A stretch of 62,830 nt of DNA, from contig CAIMDI010000026.1 of NCBI GenBank assembly GCA_903839695.1, positions 1 through 62,830 of the forward strand, given 5' to 3'. The DNA comes from Candidatus Tayloriibacteriota bacterium. GTDB lineage: Bacteria; Patescibacteriota; Minisyncoccia; Phycocordibacterales; PALSA-1337. The translations under genes and the position numbers were made by a program. The notes under the pieces were generated by a model. That model ran no database searches and was not told the origin of the DNA. It worked only from the letters and a program-made list of their open reading frames with translations. Shown here piece by piece: positions 8,217-17,995 of the stretch. Positions within the stretch are counted from its first letter, which is position 1, and the number at the start of each line of letters is the position of its first letter.

Positions 8217-10013
8217 ATGAAATCATCAGAAATTAGATCAAAGTTTTTAAATTTTTTTAAGAAAAGGGAACACGCTATTATTCCTTCTGCATCACTAATT
8301 ACTCCTGACAATAAAGGTGTTACAAATTCTACACTTTTCAACACAGCAGGTATGCAACCACTAATCCCATTTCTTTTGGGAGAAGAGCATCCTCAAGGAA
8401 AACGTCTTGCTGATGTACAAAAATGCCTCAGAACAGTGGATTTCGATGATATAGGTGATAATACTCATGCAACATTTTTTGAAATGCTTGGCAATTGGTC
8501 TCTTGGAGATTATTTTAAAAAAGAAGCAATAAACTGGAGTTACGAATTTTTAACAGATAAAAATGAAGGGCTTGGCCTTGATCCTTCAAGACTTTATGTA
8601 ACTGTTTTTGAGGGAGATGATATCGCTCCTAGAGATGAAGAGGCATCAGGTATTTGGAAAGAAATATTTGATAAAAATAATATTGTAGGAAATAGAATAT
8701 TCTATCTTCCAGCAGACAAAAACTGGTGGCAAGCTGGTGATAATGGTCCATGTGGTCCAGATTCAGAAATGTATTATGATATTTTAAATAAATTTGGCGG
8801 AAAAGGACTTTCACATGAAGAGTTTGTAAATGCTGATGATAGTCGCATTGTTGTGGAGGTATGGAATGACGTGTTTATGCAATATGTCAAAGAGAATGGG
8901 AAAATAATCGGCAATTTACCTAAACCATCTGTTGATACTGGTGCTGGCTTGGAACGTTTAACAATGACGCTTCAGAATGTTGATAATATTTATGATACAG
9001 ACATATTTGCTCCTGTCATGAATAAAATAAAGGATTTATCTAAGAATTGGAATTTAAAATCAGCAAGAATAGTGGCTGATCACATTAGATCTTCAACATT
9101 TTTAATTGGAGATGGTGTAACACCAAGCAATACAGATAGAGGATATATTTTGCGTAGATTATTGAGAAAAGCTATTGTAAATGCAAATCATCTTCAACTT
9201 ACGGAATTTTCTTTAAAAGATTTGGTTGATATATATGCAAATACATACAAAGATTCATATCCAAATCTCACAGAAAAAATTGAAATAATAAAAAATGAAA
9301 TATATTTAGAGGAAGAAAGATTTAGAAAGACATTGGAAAAGGGTTTAAAAGAATTTGAAAAAGGAACAGATGCCTTTGTGTTGTTTTCTAGTTACGGATT
9401 TCCTATTGAACTTACTTTGGAATTGGCTAAAGAGAAAGGAATTAAAATAGATATAGAAAAGTTTAATGAAGAGTATAAAAAACATCAAGAATTATCACGT
9501 ACAGGCGCAGAACAGAAGTTTAAAGGTGGTTTAGCTGATGCAAATGATCCTATGGTTATAAAATACCATACAGCTACACATTTATTGCATCAAGCATTGC
9601 ACATAGTATTGGGTGAAGGTGTAGGACAAAAAGGTTCAAATATTACACCTGAACGCCTTCGTTTTGATTTCTCTTATGATTCAAAAATGACAGATGAACA
9701 AAAAAAGAAAGTTGAAGAAATAGTTAATGAGCAAATAAAAAATTCTTTGCCGGTAAAACAAATACTAATGCCAAGAGCAGATGCAGAAAAAACAGGAGCG
9801 AGACATTTTTTTGGTGAAAAATATGGAGATGAAATATCAATATATTATGTTGGGGATAATTTAGAAATAGCATTCTCAAAAGAGTTTTGTGGAGGTCCAC
9901 ATGTCAAAAATACTTCAGAATTAGCTGGTCCAGAAGGGAAGGCTGTGTTTAAAATCCAAAAGGAAGAAGCTTCGTCTCAAGGTGTAAGAAGAATAAAAGC
10001 TGTTCTTGTATAA
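8217..10013 (+). CDS. alaS: alanine--tRNA ligase, compact form
   Basis: FNTAGMQP, WNDVFMQY, LPKPSVDTGAGLERL, editing-core HTATHLLHQALH..QKGS..LRFDF and CGGPHV. The ORF ends right after the GVRRIKAV motif at 598 aa. Confidence 0.9.
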   Translation: MKSSEIRSKFLNFFKKREHAIIPSASLITPDNKGVTNSTLFNTAGMQPLIPFLLGEEHPQGKRLADVQKCLRTVDFDDIGDNTHATFFEMLGNWSLGDYFKKEAINWSYEFLTDKNEGLGLDPSRLYVTVFEGDDIAPRDEEASGIWKEIFDKNNIVGNRIFYLPADKNWWQAGDNGPCGPDSEMYYDILNKFGGKGLSHEEFVNADDSRIVVEVWNDVFMQYVKENGKIIGNLPKPSVDTGAGLERLTMTLQNVDNIYDTDIFAPVMNKIKDLSKNWNLKSARIVADHIRSSTFLIGDGVTPSNTDRGYILRRLLRKAIVNANHLQLTEFSLKDLVDIYANTYKDSYPNLTEKIEIIKNEIYLEEERFRKTLEKGLKEFEKGTDAFVLFSSYGFPIELTLELAKEKGIKIDIEKFNEEYKKHQELSRTGAEQKFKGGLADANDPMVIKYHTATHLLHQALHIVLGEGVGQKGSNITPERLRFDFSYDSKMTDEQKKKVEEIVNEQIKNSLPVKQILMPRADAEKTGARHFFGEKYGDEISIYYVGDNLEIAFSKEFCGGPHVKNTSELAGPEGKAVFKIQKEEASSQGVRRIKAVLV

Positions 10014-10038
10014 AATAAACATGTTATAATAGTCAACA

Positions 10039-11190
10039 ATGTTTTCATTTTTATCTAAAAAGGAAAAAGAAAAATATTCGCTTATTATCGACATACAGAG
10101 TGGACTTGTTCGTGGTGCATTAGTTTCTAAAACTGGTAATGGTTTTCCAATCATAAAACATGTTAAAGAAAAAATAATTCCTAGGAGGATACACACTAAC
10201 GGTAATTATATTAACAAAATGATGCTACATGCATTATCAATCGTTACTTCAGATATTATTGAAAATTATCAAATAAGCAAAATTGATATTATTCTTTCTT
10301 CACCTTGGGTACTTTCTCATTCAAAATCAATAAAAATTAATTTTGAGAATGATACTATAATAACAGATAAAATCATTACACAAATAGTAGATGAAGAAAG
10401 GAAAAAACTTGAAAATATTTTTATTACAGGTCACAAAGAAATCCCAAATATAAATAATGATTTAAATTATATTGAACAAAAGGTATTTGATATAAAGTTA
10501 AATGGATACGTAGTAAATAATTATATTGGTAAATCAGTTAGATCAATGGAGATTTCTGTGGCTATGACATTGAGTTCTAAAATAATCATTAAAAGAATTA
10601 GTGATGTATTACGAAAGATTTCTCATTCCAAAAACTATAAATATCATTCAGGATTGCTATTAAACTATACTGCATTGTTAAAAATGATGCCGGATAAGAC
10701 AGATTATATATATGTACATTCACATAGTGAATTAACCGATGTTATTCTTGTTAAGAAAGGAATGTGTGCAAATATATCATCTTTTCCTATTGGAACATCA
10801 AATCTTACACATAGAATTGCTCATGCTTTTAAGCATAATGATGAAGTTGCAGATTCAATGATAAAGTTATACACAGAAGGAAAACTTGAGGAATCTGAAA
10901 TGAAGAAAATTACGAAAATTGTTGGGGAATATTCGAATGGTTGGCTAGCCTTATACAAAAAAGTACTTGAATCGTCAATTGAGGTAAACAGTATTCCTAG
11001 ACTTATATTTTTATCTGCGCATGCAAATGTAAATATACTAAATAATATTATAAAAATGTCTACTACAGAGGATACACATATTATTGATTTTAATTTAGAG
11101 AATTTTGATTCAAAAATTACTTTTGAAAAACCAATTGAGATGAATCAGTTGATAAAGATGTATGCACTTGCATTGGATGATATGCTATAA
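10039..11190 (+). CDS. actin-fold ATPase-like protein (FtsA/PilM-like), tentative
   Basis: YSLIIDIQSGLVRGALV near the N-terminus and VHSHSELTDVILVKKG...FPIGTSNLTHRIA resemble the phosphate-1 and phosphate-2 regions of FtsA/PilM. Weak. Confidence 0.35.
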   Translation: MFSFLSKKEKEKYSLIIDIQSGLVRGALVSKTGNGFPIIKHVKEKIIPRRIHTNGNYINKMMLHALSIVTSDIIENYQISKIDIILSSPWVLSHSKSIKINFENDTIITDKIITQIVDEERKKLENIFITGHKEIPNINNDLNYIEQKVFDIKLNGYVVNNYIGKSVRSMEISVAMTLSSKIIIKRISDVLRKISHSKNYKYHSGLLLNYTALLKMMPDKTDYIYVHSHSELTDVILVKKGMCANISSFPIGTSNLTHRIAHAFKHNDEVADSMIKLYTEGKLEESEMKKITKIVGEYSNGWLALYKKVLESSIEVNSIPRLIFLSAHANVNILNNIIKMSTTEDTHIIDFNLENFDSKITFEKPIEMNQLIKMYALALDDML

Positions 11191-11200
11191 TAAAAAAAGT

Positions 11201-12589
11201 ATGGTAACAAAAAAAGTTGTACAAGATATTATCCCTTCATCTAGACGATCTATTAGATTGGTTCCTTTAGCTCGTACAGAAAAAAAAGAAAAAGAAATTG
11301 AAAAAAATATCGAATTAGAAAAAGACGAAGATATTCAGAATGAAGAGGAAATAATAGAAAATAAAGTTAAAGAAAAAAAGGTAATAAAAGAAAAAGAGAG
11401 AGTAAAAGTTTCTGAAAAAGATAAAAAACCTAGTTCAAAAGGGCGCTTTTCTAAAATTGTAATTTTTGGAATTATTTTAATATCAGTCGCTCTTATCGGC
11501 CTGGCTTTGTCTTTATTGTATTCAAAAGCAATAGTTACTGTCACACCAGAAAGGCTTGATTTGAATATTAACGGAAACTTTATTGCTAAAAAAGACTCAA
11601 ATACCTTTGACTCACTAGGTTATCAGGTCATAACCATATCTGAACAAGCAAATAAAAGTATTCCAGCCACAGACGGTCCATTAGTTCAGACAAAGGCCAA
11701 AGGTACAGTTACATTGTTCAACTCATTTAGCTCTACTACACAAAAAATCGTTGCAGGCACTCGTCTTACAAACACTTCTGGTTTGGTTTACAAAACGTTA
11801 TCAACAGTAACAATACCTGGTAAAAAGATATTGCAAGGGAAAGTTGTTTTTGGAAGTGTGGTGGTGGGTATCATAGCTGAACAAGCTGGTGCCAATTACA
11901 ATATCAAACCCCTTGATCTTACTGGTGATTTTAAATTCCTTGGATACAAAGGAACAACAAAATACGATGGATTCTTCGGTAGAATAAAAGCTGATATTGT
12001 TGGAGGCTTTTCTGGTAATAAAAAAACTATTTCAACTACAGCTCAAACAGATGCAGCCAATGAATTAAAAAAGACTATAGAATCAAAACTTTTGGCAAGA
12101 GTTGCAGCAACGATTCCAACTGGATATATGATGTTTGAGAAATCATACACAATTGAATACCAAGACATTGCATCAAGTACTGATCAAAAGAATTTAGCTG
12201 ATGTAAGCATCAAGGGTATACTGTATGGCGTGATATTTAATTCCAAAACAATGATAGATTTTATTGCTAAAAAACAAATACAAGACAGTCGTTTATTAGA
12301 CTACAAAATTGACGGTTTAAAGAGTCTTACTTTAAAAATAGTAAACGATAAAGATTTCTCTCCTAAGAAAGGCAATACACTAAGCTTCAACCTTCTCGGT
12401 CAAATCAGAATTACAGGTATTATTAATGAAACTGAGCTAAAAACTAAGCTTATTGGCCTTAGAGTTAAGGAAATTGATAATGTAATAAAGACAAATCCTT
12501 CAGTAAAATACGCTACTGTGTTACTAACCCCATTCTGGATGAGAAGCTTCCCAAATTCTCCTGAAAAGATTACAATTGACTATAAATAG
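11201..12589 (+). CDS. hypothetical bitopic membrane protein
   Basis: Start taken at ATG 11201 (MVTKKVVQDIIP). Lys/Glu-rich cytoplasmic segment, one TM (IVIFGIILISVALIGLALSLL), then a large beta-rich ectodomain. Confidence 0.5.
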   Translation: MVTKKVVQDIIPSSRRSIRLVPLARTEKKEKEIEKNIELEKDEDIQNEEEIIENKVKEKKVIKEKERVKVSEKDKKPSSKGRFSKIVIFGIILISVALIGLALSLLYSKAIVTVTPERLDLNINGNFIAKKDSNTFDSLGYQVITISEQANKSIPATDGPLVQTKAKGTVTLFNSFSSTTQKIVAGTRLTNTSGLVYKTLSTVTIPGKKILQGKVVFGSVVVGIIAEQAGANYNIKPLDLTGDFKFLGYKGTTKYDGFFGRIKADIVGGFSGNKKTISTTAQTDAANELKKTIESKLLARVAATIPTGYMMFEKSYTIEYQDIASSTDQKNLADVSIKGILYGVIFNSKTMIDFIAKKQIQDSRLLDYKIDGLKSLTLKIVNDKDFSPKKGNTLSFNLLGQIRITGIINETELKTKLIGLRVKEIDNVIKTNPSVKYATVLLTPFWMRSFPNSPEKITIDYK

Positions 12590-12669
12590 AACAATATACA
12601 GCTGAACACGATAGGGGGTATTGACTTTATTATCGTATATCTGCTAATATGTTACGACGAGCAAATTTG

Positions 12670-12909
12670 ATGGATACAAAAATAATTAACACCGAAAAGC
12701 GTAACACTATTAACAATTCATTTGGTATAGTTACTGAAGCATTGCCAAATACGTTGTTTAGAGTAAAGCTTGATGGTAAAGATGATATTGTGCTTGCATA
12801 TTTGGCCGGAAAAATGAGAATGCATAGAATAAGGGTTCTCATAGGTGATAAAGTTGAGCTCGCTCTAGACTCTTATGGAGGCAGGGCTCGCATTATAAAA
12901 AGGTTTTAA
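12670..12909 (+). CDS. infA: translation initiation factor IF-1
   Basis: [55 protein letters not shown] promoter at 12621-12626 argues for the ATG at 12670. Confidence 0.9.
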   Translation: MDTKIINTEKRNTINNSFGIVTEALPNTLFRVKLDGKDDIVLAYLAGKMRMHRIRVLIGDKVELALDSYGGRARIIKRF

Positions 12910-12934
12910 TTTTTTATATTTAAAATATTTAAGC

Positions 12935-13051
12935 ATGAAAGTAAAAGCTTCAGTAAAGAAAATTTGTGCAAAATGCAGTGTAGTCCGAAGAAAGGGCTAT
13001 GTTTTCGTAATATGCAAATCTAACCCACGTCATAAACAAAGACAAGGATAA
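12935..13051 (+). CDS. rpmJ: 50S ribosomal protein L36
   Basis: Not in the ORF track (38 aa): [38 protein letters not shown]. Confidence 0.9.
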   Translation: MKVKASVKKICAKCSVVRRKGYVFVICKSNPRHKQRQG

Positions 13052-13063
13052 TTAATTAAATAT

Positions 13064-13444
13064 ATGAGAATACTAGGTATTACAATTCCAGATGCTAAGC
13101 GACTTGAGATTTCACTAACAACACTTTATGGTATTGGTAGATCTCGAGCTCTTTTTATTTTAAAAGAAGCAAAAATCGATCCAGCCACAAAAGCTAAAGA
13201 TTTAAGTGTTGAACAAGAGAACAGTATAAGAAAGATTATTGAAACATTAAAGATTGAAGGAGATTTAAAAAGAGAAGTTGCTTCAAACATAAAGAGATTA
13301 AAGGACATAAAGACATACAGAGGATCAAGACATGCAAAAAGACTTCCAGCTAGAGGTCAAAGAACAAAGACAAATTCAAGAACAATTAGAGGAAATACTA
13401 GAAAGACAATGGGTTCTGGAAGAAAGAAAGAAGAAAAGAAATAA
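13064..13444 (+). CDS. rpsM: 30S ribosomal protein S13
   Basis: MRILGITIP...LTTLYGIGRSRA...YRGSRHAKRLPARGQRTKTN. Confidence 0.95.
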   Translation: MRILGITIPDAKRLEISLTTLYGIGRSRALFILKEAKIDPATKAKDLSVEQENSIRKIIETLKIEGDLKREVASNIKRLKDIKTYRGSRHAKRLPARGQRTKTNSRTIRGNTRKTMGSGRKKEEKK

Positions 13445-13473
13445 TCAGTAAATGAATAAATAATTACAAAAAC

Positions 13474-13899
13474 ATGGGAAAAAAAAGAATAGTAACAACT
13501 GAAGATAAGAAAACAGATGCAACTCCAAAACAGGCTGCTTCTTCTCGCAAGCATATTGATACTGGAATTCTTTTTGTTCAATCTACCTACAATAACACCA
13601 AAGTTCAGCTAGGAGATAAGAATGGAAACATACTTATGTGGTCATCAAGTGGTTCTCTAGGATTTAAGGGAGCAAAAAAGGGAACACCATTTGCAGCTGC
13701 AAAGGTAGGCGAAACATTAGCTTTAAAAGCACAGTTACTAGGTCTAAAGGAAATTGATGTTGTTGTTAAGGGTGTTGGATCTGGTCGTGAATCAGCTATA
13801 AGAGGTTTTATATCAAAAGGAGTCACCATTTCTTCAATAAAGGATGAGACTCCTGTTCCGTTTAATGGACCTCAGCCTAAAAAGCCACGAAGAGTCTAA
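13474..13899 (+). CDS. rpsK: 30S ribosomal protein S11
   Basis: FVQSTYNNTKVQL...GSLGFKGAKKGTPFAA...VKGVGSGRESAIR. Confidence 0.95.
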   Translation: MGKKRIVTTEDKKTDATPKQAASSRKHIDTGILFVQSTYNNTKVQLGDKNGNILMWSSSGSLGFKGAKKGTPFAAAKVGETLALKAQLLGLKEIDVVVKGVGSGRESAIRGFISKGVTISSIKDETPVPFNGPQPKKPRRV

Positions 13900-13914
13900 T
13901 ACATATTATTATTT

Positions 13915-14520
13915 ATGAAAATAGAAAAACGATACAAAATAGCAAGAAGATTAGGAGCAAATGTATTTGAGAAAACTCAAACACAGAAATTTGCTTTGCG
14001 TGCAAATCAAAAATCTCAATTCAGTAAAAAGCCTCGTGCCAAGAGTGATTACGGATTAGGTTTATTGGAAAAGCAAAAGGCAAGATACAGTTACGGAATA
14101 ACTAGTAAGCAATTTTCAAATTACGTAACAAAGGCTACAGAGAAAAAGGGTAATGCAAGTGATTTACTTGTAACTTTGCTCGAAAGTAGATTTGATAATG
14201 TTGCATTACGATCTGGATTTGCTACTACAAGACAAGCTGCTAGACAAATGACATCTCATGGTCATCTTACAATAAACGGCGGTATCGTTACTATTCCATC
14301 ATATCAAGTTAAGGTCGGAGATGTTATAGGTATCAGAGAAGGAAGTAAGAAGAAAGGTTTGTTTACGAATCTCGACGAGAGACTTAAAACGATTAAGCTT
14401 CCAGCATGGTTAAAAATGGATTTTGATAAGAAAGAAATTACTGTTGATGGTATTCCACATATTTTGCATTCAGAGTTACTGTTTAGCCCGGGTGCAGTAT
14501 TGGAATTTTATAGCCGTTAA
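13915..14520 (+). CDS. rpsD: 30S ribosomal protein S4
   Basis: YGLGLLEKQKARYSYG...RFDNVALRSGFATTRQAARQMTSHGH (S4 domain). Confidence 0.95.
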   Translation: MKIEKRYKIARRLGANVFEKTQTQKFALRANQKSQFSKKPRAKSDYGLGLLEKQKARYSYGITSKQFSNYVTKATEKKGNASDLLVTLLESRFDNVALRSGFATTRQAARQMTSHGHLTINGGIVTIPSYQVKVGDVIGIREGSKKKGLFTNLDERLKTIKLPAWLKMDFDKKEITVDGIPHILHSELLFSPGAVLEFYSR

Positions 14521-14549
14521 AATAATTAGTTAATTTTAATAAAAAATAT

Positions 14550-15524
14550 ATGTCAAATCATGCTATTGTAGTTCCGTCAAAACCAAAGGTCATTAGAGAA
14601 GATGGCTTTACTGGTACATATGAAATTGATGGTCTTTATCCTGGTTACGGTCATACTTTAGGTAATTCTCTAAGAAGAATTATTCTTTCTTCTCTACCTG
14701 GTGCAGCAGTAACACAAGTTAAAATAAAAGGCATAGAGCATGAGTTTTCTTCTATTGATGGTGTAAAAGAAGATGTTATTACAATTCTTTTAAATCTAAA
14801 GAAGTTAAGAATTAAGTTAATTACAGATGAGCCTCAAACTATCGTAATAAAGTCAAAAGGCATAAAGAAAATTACTGCTGGAGATGCAGAAATACCTGGA
14901 CAAGTAGAAATTCTTAATCCTGAATTACATATTGTAGAATTAACTGATAAAAACGCTGAAGTTGATATGGAAATTACTCTTGAAAAAGGTCTTGGATATG
15001 TTTCAAAGGACGTATTGAGAAAAGATAGAGTTGATATTGGTATTATATCTCTTGATGCAACTTTCACACCTATTAAAAAGGCAAATTACGAAGTTGAAAA
15101 TATGCGTGTGGGTGACAGAACAGATTTCAATCGTCTTCGTATTACTATAGAAACAGACGGAACCATAACTCCTAAGCAAGCTCTTGAAGAATCTATTACT
15201 CTTATGATTCATCAATTAAAGGCAATTGTTGGTTTCAAGGAAGAGGAAGTTTCTATTATTGAGAAATTTGAAAAGAGTAAAGAATCTTCTTCTGAAGATG
15301 ATGAAGTAAAGCCTGAACTAGACGTAGAGTTCTTGAAAACAAGAATTGACGCTATTGGACTTTCTCCTAGAACTGTTAAGGCACTTTCAAATGCAAATAT
15401 TCGTACGGTTGGAGGATTAGCCCGAAAGAAAGAAGTAGATATCCTAGATGTCGAGGGATTGGGAGGAAAAGGTATTCAAGAAATAAAGAAAATTCTTTCA
15501 AATTACGGCATTACGCTAAAATAA
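14550..15524 (+). CDS. rpoA: DNA-directed RNA polymerase alpha subunit
   Basis: [23 protein letters not shown], and C-terminal domain [20 protein letters not shown]. Confidence 0.95.
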   Translation: [324 protein letters not shown]

Positions 15525-15534
15525 TTAAAATAAC

Positions 15535-15885
15535 ATGCGACACCATTCAGTAACAAGAAAATTTGGATTAAAGAAAGATCAAAGAAACGCTTTGATGCGT
15601 TCTCTTGCTAGAAATTTAATTAATGAAAATAAAATTTCAACTACCCTAGCAAAGGCTAAGGAATTAAGACCATATATTGAAAAGTTGGTTACAAAGGCAA
15701 AAACTGGTACTCTTGCATCAAGAAGATTGGTTATATCTAAAGTTGGAGGAGTAAAAGAGACCAAAACTCTCTTTGATACTATCGCTCCAAAGTACAAGGA
15801 AAGAAATGGAGGATATACTAGAATTATAAAAACTACACGCCGAGCGCTTGACGCAGCACCTATGGCCGTGATTGAATTCGTATAA
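15535..15885 (+). CDS. rplQ: 50S ribosomal protein L17
   Basis: MRHHSVTRKFG...RNALMRSLARNLI...GGYTRI. Confidence 0.95.
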   Translation: MRHHSVTRKFGLKKDQRNALMRSLARNLINENKISTTLAKAKELRPYIEKLVTKAKTGTLASRRLVISKVGGVKETKTLFDTIAPKYKERNGGYTRIIKTTRRALDAAPMAVIEFV

Positions 15886-15895
15886 AATAATTAAC

Positions 15896-16240
15896 ATGAT
15901 TCATACTATAGACGCACAAGATAAAAAGATAGGAAGGGTTGCTAGCGAAGCGGCTACTTTCCTTATGGGTAAAAGAACTACAGCATTTGTTAGAAATAAA
16001 GTTTCTGATGTAAAAGTAAATATCATAAACACATCGAAGGCTAATATTGATATAAAGAAGAAGGATGATAAGGAATACGTTACCTTCACAGGCTTTAGAG
16101 GTGGTATTTATACTGAAAAGCTTTCTAGCCTTATCGCTAGAAAAGGTTTCAAGGAAGTATTTGAAAGAGCTGTATACAGAATGTTGCCTTCAAACAGTCT
16201 CAGAAAACAAATAATGAAAAATTTAACAATTACTGAATAA
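15896..16240 (+). CDS. rplM: 50S ribosomal protein L13
   Basis: Start at ATG 15896 (MIHTIDAQDKKIGRVASEAA), just after the rplQ stop. FTGFRGG...AVYRMLP. Confidence 0.9.
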   Translation: MIHTIDAQDKKIGRVASEAATFLMGKRTTAFVRNKVSDVKVNIINTSKANIDIKKKDDKEYVTFTGFRGGIYTEKLSSLIARKGFKEVFERAVYRMLPSNSLRKQIMKNLTITE

Positions 16241-16241
16241 T

Positions 16242-16652
16242 ATGATTAAAAATAACGAAGAAAAATACATAGAGACTGTTGGACGAAGAAAGACCGCTAT
16301 TGCTCGTGTTCGTATAACACCTGCAGAAAAAATGTCTTATGATATAAATGGTAAGTCCATAAAAGAGTATTTCCCAACAAAGGAATTACAAATGACTGCA
16401 GAAGAAGCATTTACAACATCAAAACTTTCTACAATCAAATTTAAAATAACAGCTTTAATTAAAGGAGGAGGTATTAGTGGACAAGCTGAGGCATTTAGAC
16501 ACGGAGTATCAAGAGCAATAATCGAATACGATAAGGAATTAAGAGGAATAATGAAAAAGGCTGGATTGCTAAAGCGTGATCCTAGAGCAAAGGAAAGACG
16601 AAAATTCGGTTTAAAGAAAGCAAGAAAGTCACCTCAGTGGTCAAAGAGATAA
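16242..16652 (+). CDS. rpsI: 30S ribosomal protein S9
   Basis: GRRKTAIARV...GGGISGQAEAFRHGVSRA...DPRAKERRKFGLKKARKSPQWSKR. Confidence 0.95.
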   Translation: MIKNNEEKYIETVGRRKTAIARVRITPAEKMSYDINGKSIKEYFPTKELQMTAEEAFTTSKLSTIKFKITALIKGGGISGQAEAFRHGVSRAIIEYDKELRGIMKKAGLLKRDPRAKERRKFGLKKARKSPQWSKR

Positions 16653-16669
16653 TTACAAAAAGAAAGATA

Positions 16670-16689
16670 CCGGCACTTGCCGGATTTTT
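16670..16689 (+). terminator. terminator of the ribosomal protein block
   Basis: CCGGC/GCCGG 5-bp stem with ACTT loop, followed by ATTTTT. Confidence 0.6.
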
Positions 16690-16718
16690 CTTATATAGTT
16701 ATACTATAAAATAAATAT

Positions 16719-17300
16719 ATGAGTAATGATAATAACAATATAAATAATGACGATGTAACTATCGAAACTGAAATCGACAAAGAAGTTGATGAAATTGTCG
16801 AAGAAGAAACAGAACACGATATTATAAAAAACCTCAGAGAAAAGCTAAAAAAAGCTGTAGAGGAAAAGCAAGAGTATTTAAATAGTTGGCAAAAAGATAA
16901 GGCTGAGTTTGTAAATGCACGCCGTAGAGATCAAGAATCTCAAAAAGATTTTGCACGCTTTTCAAATGAAAGTTTAATTTCTGAACTTATTCCTGTTCTT
17001 GATAGTTTCAATATGGCAATGGGCAATAAAGAGGTATGGGAGAAAGCAGATAAGAATTGGAGAATTGGTGTTGAATATATCGCTAATCAATTAAAAAAAG
17101 TTCTTGCAGATTTTGGATTAAAAGAAATAGATCCTATTGGTGAAAAATTTGACCCCATGAGAGATGAGGCAATAGAGCATGAAATAGTTACAGATGAAAG
17201 TAAAAATCATGTTGTTACATTTGTAATACAAAAAGGTTATGAATTAAACGGTAAAGTATTAAAGGCCCCTAAGGTTAAGGTTGGTGATTTTAAGAAATAA
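16719..17300 (+). CDS. grpE: nucleotide exchange factor GrpE
   Basis: Acidic N-terminus, coiled coil, ...FVNARRR...VLDSFNMA...FDPMRDEAI.... Confidence 0.9.
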   Translation: MSNDNNNINNDDVTIETEIDKEVDEIVEEETEHDIIKNLREKLKKAVEEKQEYLNSWQKDKAEFVNARRRDQESQKDFARFSNESLISELIPVLDSFNMAMGNKEVWEKADKNWRIGVEYIANQLKKVLADFGLKEIDPIGEKFDPMRDEAIEHEIVTDESKNHVVTFVIQKGYELNGKVLKAPKVKVGDFKK

Positions 17301-17303
17301 AGG

Positions 17304-17329
17304 GACTGTAGTTATTTCTAACTACAGTC
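17304..17329. terminator. bidirectional hairpin between grpE and the minus-strand Zn-ribbon gene
   Basis: GACTGTAGTT (17304-17313) pairs with AACTACAGTC (17320-17329). Confidence 0.6.
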
Positions 17330-17364
17330 TTGATCTGTGGAATGCATCGAGAGAATTTTCCATT

Positions 17365-17577
17365 TTAATACTCGAAGTTTCCTGATTCTAACAGTTGCTC
17401 GCAACCACATTTTTGGCAGCGAATGAACTTGATTGTTTCCATCCGATTAGGACGATTAATACTTTCTCGATGCACAAAGTTGAAAATGCTTCGGCACTCG
17501 ACACATTTCCCTCCCCAGTACCTCTTTAACAAGGCGACAATGAGGATTACCGTAACTGCTACGATTGCAATCTTCAT
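17365..17577 (-). CDS. membrane-anchored zinc-ribbon protein (GC-richer cassette)
   Basis: 70 aa. N-terminal TM MKIAIVAVTVILIVALL, then CVEC...CQKCGC (two CxxC pairs). Composition is distinct from the flanks. Confidence 0.5.
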   Translation of the reverse strand: MKIAIVAVTVILIVALLKRYWGGKCVECRSIFNFVHRESINRPNRMETIKFIRCQKCGCEQLLESGNFEY

Positions 17578-17622
17578 GCTTATAAATTACCTTAATATAT
17601 AAAAACAGTCAATTAAAATAAC

Positions 17623-17650
17623 TTGAAATTACTTAAAAAACAGATATAAT
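17623..17650 (+). promoter_or_regulatory. near-consensus promoter upstream of dnaK
   Basis: TTGAAA 17623-17628, 16-nt spacer, TATAAT 17645-17650. This implies a roughly 340-nt leader before the dnaK ATG. Confidence 0.5.
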
Positions 17651-17656
17651 AGATTT

Positions 17657-17956
17657 GTGTTAAAAAGTGGAAATAAACAATTAAACAGTGTATTTGAAAG
17701 AATCATTCAGGATAAGAATGGACTTTTATTGCGTGTGCGTTTTACAGTTGTTGAAGTAAATGGCAAATTTCAAGCCCAGATCATTTCCGCTATTCCATTC
17801 GTAAATCCTACAGAAAATGTTGTTTGTTTACCATGCATCAAAGAAAGTAAAATTGTAATCGAAAATATTTCTGTAGTTTTTGAATCAATACTTTCACCTT
17901 ACTTTTCTCTTGAATTTTTTATGAGTCAACCAACTAGGGCTCCTGCTTTTAGATAA
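17657..17956 (+). CDS. doubtful GTG-start ORF inside the dnaK leader
   Basis: 99 codons beginning at a GTG located at the predicted transcription start. No in-frame ATG until near the end and no recognisable motif. It may be non-coding leader. Confidence 0.2.
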   Translation: MLKSGNKQLNSVFERIIQDKNGLLLRVRFTVVEVNGKFQAQIISAIPFVNPTENVVCLPCIKESKIVIENISVVFESILSPYFSLEFFMSQPTRAPAFR

Positions 17957-17995
17957 TATTTTGTTTATTAACATTAATATTTAATCTAAAAAACT

